From the NCBI GenBank assembly GCA_035524815.1, contig DATKOE010000019.1, positions 2,177 to 66,176 of the forward strand: DNA of 64,000 nt, read 5' to 3'. Below are positions 20,889 to 29,818 of this stretch, in pieces. Every line of letters starts with the position of its first letter. Positions within the stretch are counted from its first letter, which is position 1. A program made the position numbers and the translations under genes. The notes beneath the pieces were generated by a model that did not search any database, was not told the DNA's origin, and worked only from the letters and a program-made list of their open reading frames with translations. The DNA comes from Rhizomicrobium sp. Lineage in GTDB: Bacteria > Pseudomonadota > Alphaproteobacteria > Micropepsales > Micropepsaceae.

Positions 20889-23570
20889 ATGACAATCGAT
20901 CGGGTTCGTGCCGCTGCCGCAACGCTTCTCTTTGCTCTGGCGGTCGGTTTTTCGCCGGTTTCGGCGGCTCCGGGAACGGAAAATGAGCCGGGGGTGCTGC
21001 GCGCCACCCTTGAGAATGGATTGCGTGTAATCATCGTTCGCAACAAGCTTGCGCCAGTTGTCGCGACCTCGGTGAATTACCTGGCGGGCTCCGACGAAGC
21101 GCCCGCGGGCTTTCCCGGCACTGCCCACGCCGTCGAGCACATGATGTTCCGCGGCAGCCCCGGGCTAACCGCGGATCAGCTCGCCAATCTCGGCAGCGTC
21201 ATGGGCGGCGACTTCAACGCCAACACGCGCGAAGGCCTCACCCAGTATCTGTTCACCGTGCCCTCCGAAGACCTCGACGTCGCCTTGCACATCGAGGCGC
21301 TGCGCATGCAGGACATCCTGTCGACCGCGGACGAGTGGACCAAGGAGCGCGCCGCGATCGAACAGGAAGTGGCTCAGGACATCTCCATCCCCGGCTACAA
21401 GCTCTACGAGCGCTTGCGCAGCGAGCTGTTCGAAGGCACGCCCTACGAGCACGACGCACTCGGCACGCGCCCGTCGTTCGACATGACCACCGCCGGAATG
21501 CTGAGGCAATTCCACCAGGACTGGTACGCGCCGAACAACGCGATTCTGGTGCTGGTCGGCGACGTCGATCCTACCGCCGCGCTGGCGAAGGTGAAGGCGC
21601 TGTTCGGCTCGATCAAGGAACACAGGCTGCCGGCCCGTCCCAGGATGCGCTTCAAGCCGGTCAAGCCCGACACCTTCACCATCGAATCCGACTATCCCAA
21701 CGCCACCCGCGTCATCGCGATGCGCTTTCCCGGCTTGGATTCGCGGGATTTCCCGGCGCTCGAAGTGCTCGCCGACGTGCTGGCGAGCCGCCGATTCGAT
21801 CTCTACGGTCTGGTGCCGCAAGGCAAGGCGCTGGGCGCGGAGTTCTCGCTCGATCCGCTGGCGAAGGCATCCATCGCCTATGCGGCCGTGAGCTATGCGC
21901 CCGGCGTGGACGGTAAGGCGATCGAAGACGAGGTGCGGGCCATCCTCGCCAAGGTGGCCAAGGACGGCGTTCCGCCCGAACTGGTGGAAGCCGCGAAGGT
22001 CCAGGAACGCCGCGCCGCGGAATTCCAGAAGAACTCGATCGACGACCTGGCCTCCGTCTGGGCCGATGCGGTGGCGCTCTATCGTCTCAAGTCGCCCGAC
22101 GACGATCTCAAGCGGATTGAGAAGGTCACCGTAGCCGACGTCAACCGCGTCGCGCGCAAATACTTGCGGCTCGACCATTCGATTTCGGGCCTGCTCCTGC
22201 CGCAGAACAACGCCAAGCCTGTGGCCCAGGGCGGCGGCTTCGGCAAGGAGTCGATCGACCTCGGTGAGGCCAAGCCCACGCCGCTGCCCGACTGGGCGTC
22301 GGCGGCCGTCAGCCGTCTCGAAGTGCCGCCGTCGACGCTTTCGCCGGTCGTCTCCACCCTGCCCAACGGTCTCACGCTCATCGTGCAGCCCGAGAACGTC
22401 AGCGATACGGTCAGCGTCTACGGCCACATCCGCAACCGGCCCGAAACCGAGCAGCTGCCCGGCAAGGACGGCTCGGCGCTGCTGCTGAGCACGCTGTTCA
22501 ACTTCGGCACCGAGCATCTGGACCGCATTGCCTTCGAGACCGCACTCGATTCCATCGGCGCGCGCGAGCACGGCGGCACGGATTTCTCGGTTCAGGTGCT
22601 GTCGAAGGATTTCGAGCGCGGCGTGCAACTGCTCGCCGACAACGAACTGCATCCGGCGCTGCCGCAAGAGGCGCTCGACGCGATCAAGCCGCAGCTTGCG
22701 CAATCGATCGATTCGCGCAACCAGACGCCGGGATTCCGCGCGCAGCGTTCGCTGATCGAGGCCCTGTATCCCGCGGGCGACCCCGCGCTGAGGCTGACGA
22801 CCGGTGCCGGTGTGCTCGCGCTGGGGCTGGACGATCTCAAGACCTACTACCGCACCGCGTTCCGCCCCGACATGACGACCATCGTGGTGATCGGCAACGT
22901 CACGCCCGAATTGGCGTCGAGCGTGATCGGTCAGTATTTCGGCGGTTGGACCACCACCGGTCCCAAGCCGCCGGTCGATCTGCCGGCGGTGTTGGCCAAC
23001 AAGCCGGGTGCCGTGGCCGTGCCCGACGCCAGCCGCGTCCAGGATAGCGTGGTTCTCGCCTTCAACCTCGCGCTCAAGCGCTCCGATCCCGACTATTATC
23101 CGCTGTCGCTCGGCAACCAGGTGCTGGGCGGCGGGTTCTATTCGACTCGGCTTTCGATTGACCTCAGAAAGAACGCGGGGCTGGTCTATTCGGTTGGCGC
23201 CTCGCTGCAGGCCGGGCGCACGCGCGGTCTCTACTACGTGCAATACGCCTGCGATCCCCAGAACGTGACCAAGGCGGCCGGAATCGTCGGCCAGGAATTG
23301 ACGACGATGCAGAAAACGCCGGTGGAGAAGGACGAACTCGATCGCGTCAAGGCGATGGTGCTCCGCCAGATCCCGCTCGGCGAAGACTCGGTCGAAGAAA
23401 TCGCGCGCGGCTTCCTCGACCGCCGCGACCTCGATCTGCCGCTTGACGAACCCACGCTCGCCGCCAAGCGGTATGTCGCGCTGACCGGCGACGACATCGA
23501 AGCGGCCTTCGGCAAGTGGATGCGGCCGGGCGACGTCGTGCGGATCACGCAGGGTCCGCCGCCGCAGTGA
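20889..23570 (+). CDS. M16 family zinc peptidase (insulinase/PqqL-like), secreted
   Basis: Signal peptide (MTIDRVRAAAATLLFALAVGFSPVSAA), LENGLRV, inverted zinc motif HAVEH, NANT, YAPNNA, second M16 half (LPNGL, LGGGFYSTRL). The ORF-track start at 20298 is too early. Confidence 0.92.
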   Translation: MTIDRVRAAAATLLFALAVGFSPVSAAPGTENEPGVLRATLENGLRVIIVRNKLAPVVATSVNYLAGSDEAPAGFPGTAHAVEHMMFRGSPGLTADQLANLGSVMGGDFNANTREGLTQYLFTVPSEDLDVALHIEALRMQDILSTADEWTKERAAIEQEVAQDISIPGYKLYERLRSELFEGTPYEHDALGTRPSFDMTTAGMLRQFHQDWYAPNNAILVLVGDVDPTAALAKVKALFGSIKEHRLPARPRMRFKPVKPDTFTIESDYPNATRVIAMRFPGLDSRDFPALEVLADVLASRRFDLYGLVPQGKALGAEFSLDPLAKASIAYAAVSYAPGVDGKAIEDEVRAILAKVAKDGVPPELVEAAKVQERRAAEFQKNSIDDLASVWADAVALYRLKSPDDDLKRIEKVTVADVNRVARKYLRLDHSISGLLLPQNNAKPVAQGGGFGKESIDLGEAKPTPLPDWASAAVSRLEVPPSTLSPVVSTLPNGLTLIVQPENVSDTVSVYGHIRNRPETEQLPGKDGSALLLSTLFNFGTEHLDRIAFETALDSIGAREHGGTDFSVQVLSKDFERGVQLLADNELHPALPQEALDAIKPQLAQSIDSRNQTPGFRAQRSLIEALYPAGDPALRLTTGAGVLALGLDDLKTYYRTAFRPDMTTIVVIGNVTPELASSVIGQYFGGWTTTGPKPPVDLPAVLANKPGAVAVPDASRVQDSVVLAFNLALKRSDPDYYPLSLGNQVLGGGFYSTRLSIDLRKNAGLVYSVGASLQAGRTRGLYYVQYACDPQNVTKAAGIVGQELTTMQKTPVEKDELDRVKAMVLRQIPLGEDSVEEIARGFLDRRDLDLPLDEPTLAAKRYVALTGDDIEAAFGKWMRPGDVVRITQGPPPQ

Positions 23571-23571
23571 T

Positions 23572-23600
23572 TTTCTGCCCCCGTTGTGCGGGGGCAGAAA
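23572..23600. terminator. perfect hairpin between convergent genes
   Basis: TTTCTGCCCCCG-TTGTG-CGGGGGCAGAAA, 12-bp stem; no classical 3' U-tract. Confidence 0.5.
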
Positions 23601-23605
23601 GTTCC

Positions 23606-24028
23606 CTATCGCTTCAACAGGTCCGCCAGAAACGACCGCAGCTTGGGAAAGGCGCCCACCGCGAACCCGGCGACTAGCGCGCCGATGAGCACGCGCACCG
23701 GACTGTCGGTGATGAACTTGAACGCGCTTTCGCCGATCAGGCGCCCCAGCTCGCCACCCAGTCTCGCGACCGGCGTGGCGGTCTCGGCCCGCGCGCGCTT
23801 GGCGCTGCGCGCAACGGCCTTCGAGATCGACGATCCGATCAGGACGATCAACAGCGAGATCAACAGCAGCACGCCGGCGCTCGCCAGCGCCGCCATCGGC
23901 GGACTCAACGCCAGTGCGAACGCGCCGTAGAGCGCCATGCAGAGGAACACGGCGACCGCGACAAAGCCGACCGCGGCAAGCAATAGCGCCGCGGTCATGA
24001 TCGCGATGCGAATGGCCATGCCTTGCAT
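23606..24028 (-). CDS. small membrane protein (YqjE/holin-like partner of DUF883)
   Basis: Two long hydrophobic helices plus a C-terminal helix; follows the DUF883 gene, an arrangement like elaB/yqjD-yqjE. Confidence 0.7.
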   Translation of the reverse strand: MQGMAIRIAIMTAALLLAAVGFVAVAVFLCMALYGAFALALSPPMAALASAGVLLLISLLIVLIGSSISKAVARSAKRARAETATPVARLGGELGRLIGESAFKFITDSPVRVLIGALVAGFAVGAFPKLRSFLADLLKR

Positions 24029-24034
24029 CGGCGA

Positions 24035-24307
24035 TTAACGGCGGCCGAACAACAGGATGCCGACCAGCACGCCGATGCCGAACGCGGCCACGACCGCCGT
24101 CACCGGTTCCTCGTGGATCTTCTGCTTCACGGTGTCGAGCTTCTGCTTGGCCTCGACCCAAGTATCCTCGGTCGCGCTCTGGAAGCGGGCGGCCGCCTCC
24201 TGCCCGCGCTGGCGCACGAGATCGGCCAGAGTCTCGGCGATCCGCGAGAAGCCGGCCTTCAACTCACCCACGTCGTCCGAAAGCTTCTTGACGTCTTCGT
24301 TTGCCAT
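24035..24307 (-). CDS. DUF883 / ElaB-YqjD family protein
   Basis: Coiled N-terminus and C-terminal IHEEPVTAVVAAFGIGVLVGILLFGRR anchor. Confidence 0.88.
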   Translation of the reverse strand: MANEDVKKLSDDVGELKAGFSRIAETLADLVRQRGQEAAARFQSATEDTWVEAKQKLDTVKQKIHEEPVTAVVAAFGIGVLVGILLFGRR

Positions 24308-24538
24308 CTCGATCCATCCTGTCTTCTGTTGCTGACGGAGCGGCGGGGACAACAGTCCCGCCTCGCCACCGGATTCCTATCCATCTTTCCGGTGACAGCA
24401 TATTGCCGCAGGCCGATTCGGCAAGCCCCGCAGCCGCATTTGGCTTGGGATTTGTCGAATGCCCGGCAACCTCATACGTGAAATTACGCATCAAATACAG
24501 GAAGAACCTAAGTTGCAGTGGCGCTCCTCCGCACTAAT

Positions 24539-24552
24539 TTGACAATGCGCAA
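24539..24552 (+). promoter_or_regulatory. FixK-type box
   Basis: TTGA-CAATGC-GCAA matches the FixK2-type consensus TTG(A/C)-N6-(T/G)CAA, 56 nt upstream of the ATG at 24609. Confidence 0.65.
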
Positions 24553-24608
24553 TGCGCTTCTCGCGACGGGCTTCCTAAGTAGGGTCCCGTCCGAACAGGA
24601 AGCCCGAC

Positions 24609-25202
24609 ATGCAACACGCCCTGATCGTCGCCCACCCCAATTCGCGCAGCTTCGTCTCTTCGCTGGCGGTGGCTTATGGCGAGGCCGCCGAAGCGCTCGG
24701 TCATAAAACAATCATGCGCGATCTCTATGGAATGGCGTTCGATCCTTGCCTCAAGTCGGACGAGATCCCGACGGCGGCGGGATTCGCGCCCCGTGCCGAC
24801 GTGGTCGGCGAGCGGATGATCCTGGCCGACGTCGACGTCTTCGCGCTGTTCTATCCGTTCTGGCTCAACGCCCCGCCCGCCATGCTGAAGGGCTATCTGG
24901 ATCGGGTATTCGGAATGGGCTTTGCCTACGGAAAGGGCAAGGCCGGAAACGAGCCGCTGCTGACCGGGCGAAAGCTCATCAGCTTCACGTCGTCCGGCGC
25001 GCCGAGCGAGTGGGTTCGCAAGACGGGCGCCTGGGAGGCGGTGCGTACATTGTTCGATGAGCATGTGTCGGGGGTTTGCGGACTGACGGTGGTGGACCAC
25101 GTCCATTTCGGCGGCATTGTTCCCGGGATTCGAGGCGATGTCGTGGCCCGTCATCAGCAGACCGTCAGGGACGCGGTAGCGAGACAATTCGGCCCACATT
25201 AG
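24609..25202 (+). CDS. NAD(P)H:quinone oxidoreductase, flavodoxin_2 family
   Basis: LIVAHPNSRSF, RDLY..FDP, YPFWLNAPPAMLKGYLDRVFGMGFAY, TSSG. Confidence 0.9.
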   Translation: MQHALIVAHPNSRSFVSSLAVAYGEAAEALGHKTIMRDLYGMAFDPCLKSDEIPTAAGFAPRADVVGERMILADVDVFALFYPFWLNAPPAMLKGYLDRVFGMGFAYGKGKAGNEPLLTGRKLISFTSSGAPSEWVRKTGAWEAVRTLFDEHVSGVCGLTVVDHVHFGGIVPGIRGDVVARHQQTVRDAVARQFGPH

Positions 25203-25262
25203 GCGTCTGGCATTGCGGGTGTCGGAGGTTTAACAGGGCCCAAAATCCATGAGGCGCCACGC

Positions 25263-27950
25263 ATGTCGATACGCAATCTCGACGCTTTGTTTCACCCCAC
25301 CAGCATCGCGCTGATCGGTGCCAGCACCAAGCCGAAGTCGATCGGCGCCGTGTTGGCCTCCAACATGTTCACCGGGGGCTACGAAGGCCCGATCATGCCG
25401 GTGAATCCGAAGGCGCAGTCGATCAACGGCGTCCTCGCCTACAAGGATGTTGCCAGCCTGCCGATCACGCCGGACATGGCCTGCATCGCCACGCCGCCCG
25501 CCTCCATTCCGGCCCTCATCGACGAACTCGGTGCGCGCGGCACCCGCGCCGCGGTGGTGATCACCGCCGGCCTTCGCGACATGAAGGCACCCGACGGCCA
25601 GACCCTCGAATACCACATGCTCGCGGCCGCCAAGAAACACGGCCTTCGCGTCGCCGGTCCGAACTGTATCGGCATCATCTCGACGCCGGCAGGCGTCAAC
25701 GCCTCCTTCGCCGAAGCCAAGCCCCTCAAGGGCCGCGTCGCCTTCGTGGCGCAGTCGGGCGCGCTGGTCGCCACCCTGCTGGACTGGGCCTCGACCAAGG
25801 GTGTCGGATTCAGCCATCTCGTCTCGATGGGCGATCAGGCCGATGCCGACTTCGGCGACATGCTAGACTACATGGCGCAGGACCCCGACACCGACGCCAT
25901 CGTGCTCTACATCGAAGCGGCCGGCCACAAGAACGGCTTCAGCCCACGCAAGTTCATCTCGGCGGCCCGCGCCGTGGCCCGCATCAAGCCGGTCATCGCC
26001 ATCAAGGCCGGCCGCAGCGCGGCGGCGGCCAAAGCGGCCTCCTCGCATACCGGCGCGCTGGCCGGCGCCGACGGCGTCTACGATGCGGTCTTCAACCGTT
26101 GCGGCATCCTGCGCGCTCGCGATCTGGACGAGATTTTCGATGCCATCGAAACGTTGTCCAAGCCCGGCCGCGTTACGGGCGACCGGCTCCTGATCGTCAC
26201 CAACGGCGGCGGCGCCGGCGTGATGGCGGTGGACAAGCTGTCCGATCTCGGCGGCCAGCTCATCGACCTGCCCGAAGACACCCTCAAGAAGATCGACGCC
26301 GTCTGCCCGCCGACATGGTCGCGCGGCAACCCGGTCGACATCATCGGCGATGCTCCCGGCAAGCGCTTCTTCGACACCATGAAGATCTGCAACGAAGTGC
26401 CGGATGTCGACGGCACCGTGGTTCTGTACTGCCCGACCGCCGTGGCCTCGAGCCTGGAAGGCGCGCAAGCCGTCGTTGAGGCGGTGAAGGACACCACTCG
26501 TCCGATCTTCACCAACTGGTTGGGCTCCTCCGAAGAAACCCAGAAGGCCCGCACCACCTTCCGCGAAGGCGGCATTCCCACCTACGAGACGCCGGAAAAG
26601 GCGATCCGCGCCTTCATGCACCTGGCGCAGTTCTCCCGCGTCCAGAATCTGCTGATGGAAGTGCCTCCCTCCAAGGGCGAGAACTTCGTGCCCGACGAGA
26701 CCAAGGCCAAGGCGATCGTCGACAAGGCGATGAAGGAAAAGCAGCTGTGGCTCGACGCGGTGAGCCTGTCGAACCTGTTCGAATGCTATCAGATCCCGAT
26801 CGCCCGTTCGGCGAAGGCGGATACGCCGGCCGACGTGGCCGCGGCGCAGAAGAAGTTCGGCACGCCGATCGTGATCAAGATCATGTCGCCCGACATCACC
26901 CACAAGTCGGACGTCGGCGGCGTGGCCCTCAACCTCGAAACGCCGGAAGAAGCCAAGGCCGCCGCCGAGGCGATGCTGGTCAAGGTCGAGAAGAAGTGCC
27001 CCAAGGCCCGCCTCGAAGGCTTCCTGGTGCAGGAAATGATCAAGCGTCCGCGCGCCTATGAGCTGATCTGCGGCGTGGCGGTCGACAACACCTTCGGACC
27101 CTATCTCCTGTTCGGCCAGGGCGGCGTGTCGGTGGAAGTGGTGGCGGATTCGGCGCTGGCGCTGGCGCCGATCAACACGACGCTTGCCATGGACATGATA
27201 ACCCATACGCGCATCTACAAGCAGCTTAAGGGCTTCCGCGACCGTCCGCCGGCGGCCATCAACGAAGTCGCCGACGTGCTGGTGCGCGTATCCAAGTTGA
27301 TCTGCGATTTCCCGGAAATCCAGGAACTCGACATCAACCCGCTGCTCTGCGACGAGAAGGGCGTGGTTTCGGTCGACGCCCGCATCAAGCTCGGCGAGCC
27401 CAAGCCCGGCGCGCGCGATGCGCGCCTGGCCATCAAGCCCTATCCCAAGGAACTCGAGGCGCACGAGTCGATCTCCGGATTCGGAGAGTACTTCGTGCGT
27501 CCGGTCCGCCCCGAGGACTACAAGGCTTTCACGGAGTTCTTCGGCAAGCTGGCCCCCGAGGACGTCCGCCTGCGCTTCTTCTCGCCGCTGCGCGCGCTGC
27601 CCACCAGCCTGTTGAGCCGGCTCACGCACATCGACTACGACCGCGACATGGCGTTCGTGATGTTCGACGACAAGAACCAGCTCGTCGGAACGGCGCATTT
27701 CTCGGCCGATCCCAACAAGGAAAAGGGCGAGTATGCCGTGATCGTGCGCAGCGACCTCAAGGGACACGGCATGGGCACGGCGCTGATGAACCGCATCGTC
27801 GCCTATGCGAAGTCCTACGGCGTCGGCGAAATCTATGGCGACGTGCTGGAGGAGAACACGATGATGCTCTCGCTCTGCCGCGATCTGCATTTCGCGATTG
27901 CGCCGGTTCCGGGATCGCCCGGCATGGTGCGCGCCTCGCTGAAACTGTAA
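25263..27950 (+). CDS. pat: bifunctional acetate-CoA ligase (ADP-forming)-like / GNAT protein lysine acetyltransferase (Pat family)
   Basis: CoA-binding LFHPTSIALIGAS, GPNCIG, QSG, SHTGALAG, TNGGGAG, NPVDI, ATP-grasp HKSDVGGV, ELDINPL, C-terminal GNAT (LRFF, EYAVIVRSDLKGHGMG). Confidence 0.92.
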   Translation: MSIRNLDALFHPTSIALIGASTKPKSIGAVLASNMFTGGYEGPIMPVNPKAQSINGVLAYKDVASLPITPDMACIATPPASIPALIDELGARGTRAAVVITAGLRDMKAPDGQTLEYHMLAAAKKHGLRVAGPNCIGIISTPAGVNASFAEAKPLKGRVAFVAQSGALVATLLDWASTKGVGFSHLVSMGDQADADFGDMLDYMAQDPDTDAIVLYIEAAGHKNGFSPRKFISAARAVARIKPVIAIKAGRSAAAAKAASSHTGALAGADGVYDAVFNRCGILRARDLDEIFDAIETLSKPGRVTGDRLLIVTNGGGAGVMAVDKLSDLGGQLIDLPEDTLKKIDAVCPPTWSRGNPVDIIGDAPGKRFFDTMKICNEVPDVDGTVVLYCPTAVASSLEGAQAVVEAVKDTTRPIFTNWLGSSEETQKARTTFREGGIPTYETPEKAIRAFMHLAQFSRVQNLLMEVPPSKGENFVPDETKAKAIVDKAMKEKQLWLDAVSLSNLFECYQIPIARSAKADTPADVAAAQKKFGTPIVIKIMSPDITHKSDVGGVALNLETPEEAKAAAEAMLVKVEKKCPKARLEGFLVQEMIKRPRAYELICGVAVDNTFGPYLLFGQGGVSVEVVADSALALAPINTTLAMDMITHTRIYKQLKGFRDRPPAAINEVADVLVRVSKLICDFPEIQELDINPLLCDEKGVVSVDARIKLGEPKPGARDARLAIKPYPKELEAHESISGFGEYFVRPVRPEDYKAFTEFFGKLAPEDVRLRFFSPLRALPTSLLSRLTHIDYDRDMAFVMFDDKNQLVGTAHFSADPNKEKGEYAVIVRSDLKGHGMGTALMNRIVAYAKSYGVGEIYGDVLEENTMMLSLCRDLHFAIAPVPGSPGMVRASLKL

Positions 27951-28087
27951 GCGCCGCCGACTGACGCAGGGGAAATCAAGCCGGCGGGAGGCACGTTTTG
28001 CGAAAAGCCGCCTACCGGGGCTATCATCGAATCGAGAACGGCGGCCCGCCGCCGCCGCTCTCGAGTTCGAAGGGTCCCTGGTTCGAG

Positions 28088-28813
28088 ATGCAGCGCAAAC
28101 TTGCCGGAACCGTCGCCGCGCCCGTCCTGGAAAATCCGCGTCCGGCCGCCTGCGAACGCGGCTGCCGCTTTTTCGCCGACGAAGGCTGCATCAGCAGAAG
28201 CGAGATGGCCGAGACGGGAACGGCGGCCCGCTTCGCGCGCAACGAAACGATCTACGCCAAGGGTGACGAGGCGCGCTTCTCCTACAAGGTGATCGAAGGC
28301 GCGGTACGCCTTTCGCGCATCTTCGCCGACGGGCGGCGGCAGATCGTCAATTTCCTGCTGCCGGGGGAGACTTTCGGAATCGAACTGTCGGGCGAGTATA
28401 CCGCCACGGCCGAGGCCGTAGGCGACGTGGTGGCGCTGCGCTGCCCGCGAGTCTGCATCGCGCACCTCAGCGAAGGAGATCCGGACCTGAGCCAGAAGCG
28501 GCTGGCCATGCTCTCCAACGCGCTGGCGGCCGCCGAGCGTCATGTCGCCATGCTGGGCCACCAGAGCGCCAGGGAGCGGGTCGCCTCCTTCTTCATGGCG
28601 CTGGAGATGGAGCGCCGCAGCGGCGATCCGCAGACCCTCGATCTGCCGCTGTCGCGCCAGGACATCGCCGACTATCTGGGACTGACCATCGAAACCACGT
28701 GCCGGGCGCTTTCCGAATTGAAGCGCCAGAACATCATCGCCACGCCGAGCCGGCGGCGCATCGTGATCCGCGATCTCAAAGGACTTGCGGCCATCGCCGA
28801 GGGCGGCGACTAG
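28088..28813 (+). CDS. Crp/Fnr family regulator (FixK/FnrN-like)
   Basis: DGRRQIVNFLLPGETFG, SARERVASF, HTH LPLSRQDIADYLGLTIETTCR; N-terminal C-x3-C-x7-C. Start position uncertain. Confidence 0.92.
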   Translation: MQRKLAGTVAAPVLENPRPAACERGCRFFADEGCISRSEMAETGTAARFARNETIYAKGDEARFSYKVIEGAVRLSRIFADGRRQIVNFLLPGETFGIELSGEYTATAEAVGDVVALRCPRVCIAHLSEGDPDLSQKRLAMLSNALAAAERHVAMLGHQSARERVASFFMALEMERRSGDPQTLDLPLSRQDIADYLGLTIETTCRALSELKRQNIIATPSRRRIVIRDLKGLAAIAEGGD

Positions 28814-28829
28814 CCGCGGTTGTTCCAAT

Positions 28830-28843
28830 TTGACAACTCTCAA
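28830..28843 (+). promoter_or_regulatory. FixK/FNR box upstream of the USP gene
   Basis: TTGA-CAACTC-TCAA, 46 nt upstream of the ATG at 28890. Confidence 0.7.
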
Positions 28844-28889
28844 TGCGCGGCGCGCGCGTTTGCGATGACCTGTTGCGAAAGGTGCCGTC

Positions 28890-29753
28890 ATGTCCTTCGT
28901 CAAATTCGTCGTACCCGTGGCGGGAGTCGCGCGTGACCGTTTCGCGCTGGCTGCCGCATTCGCCGCCGCCAAGCCGTTCGATGCCCATGTCGTGGCGCTG
29001 TTCGTGCACGCCGATCCGCGCGAAGCCGTTCCCTACGGCGAGCTGCCGCTGTCGCCCGACATCGTGCAGGACCTGATCGACACAGCGACGGACCTGGAGC
29101 AGGCCTCGTCCAAGGCCGCCAAGGCCAATCTCGCCTCCGTGGCGTCGGAAACGGGCGTGCGCATCGTCGGGACGCCGCGTTGCGGCGACGGCGTCACCGT
29201 CTCCTACCTGGAATCCGTGGGTCACCTGCCGCGGGCGCTCGACCGCGAGGCGCGCCTGGCCGATGTGGTCGTGTTTCCTCCCATTCGCGAGACCGACGAC
29301 TCCGAGGTTCAGGAAGCATTCGTCCGTACACTGACGAAATTGGAGCGCCCGGTCCTGCTCTCGGCCGAGCGTGCGCCGGCCGAGATCGGCCGCCGCGTCG
29401 CGGTGGGCTGGGACGGCAGCCTGGCCTCGGCGCACGCGCTGACCGCGGCGCTGCCTTATCTCAAGCGGGCCGAGGCGGTGGACGTGATATCGGTCCAGGA
29501 AGTCGCGCCGCCCGCTGGCGGAGCCGACGTGGCGGCGTATCTTTCCCTGCACGGCATCACCGCGACGCACCGGCTGCTCGTGCGCGGCGAGGCGGGCGTC
29601 GCCGAAGTGCTGCTCGACACCGCCGCCGGCGACGGCTTCGACCTCTTGGTAGCGGGCGGCTACGGCCACAGCCGCCTGATGGAATCGATCTTCGGCGGGG
29701 TCACGCACCACATCGTGTCCCACCCAAAGATTCCGGTCTTCATGATGCATTAG
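28890..29753 (+). CDS. universal stress protein (tandem USP domains)
   Basis: RVAVGWDGSLASAHAL, DLLVAGGYGHSRLMESIFGGVT, PVFMMH. Confidence 0.93.
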   Translation: MSFVKFVVPVAGVARDRFALAAAFAAAKPFDAHVVALFVHADPREAVPYGELPLSPDIVQDLIDTATDLEQASSKAAKANLASVASETGVRIVGTPRCGDGVTVSYLESVGHLPRALDREARLADVVVFPPIRETDDSEVQEAFVRTLTKLERPVLLSAERAPAEIGRRVAVGWDGSLASAHALTAALPYLKRAEAVDVISVQEVAPPAGGADVAAYLSLHGITATHRLLVRGEAGVAEVLLDTAAGDGFDLLVAGGYGHSRLMESIFGGVTHHIVSHPKIPVFMMH

Positions 29754-29818
29754 GGGCGCTGTTTTCTGTTGCGCGGGGGTGCCGGGCTGGGCTTACGTGT
29801 GGGCTCAAGGACCCGCGC

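Noticed and set aside
24350-24376. Possible EcfG/general-stress promoter (minus strand GGAAT-N18-TGTT) upstream of DUF883, and a similar one upstream of DUF2934
   Set aside because: Spacing and sequence deviate from GGAAC-N16/17-CGTT (N14 for DUF2934); too weak to call.
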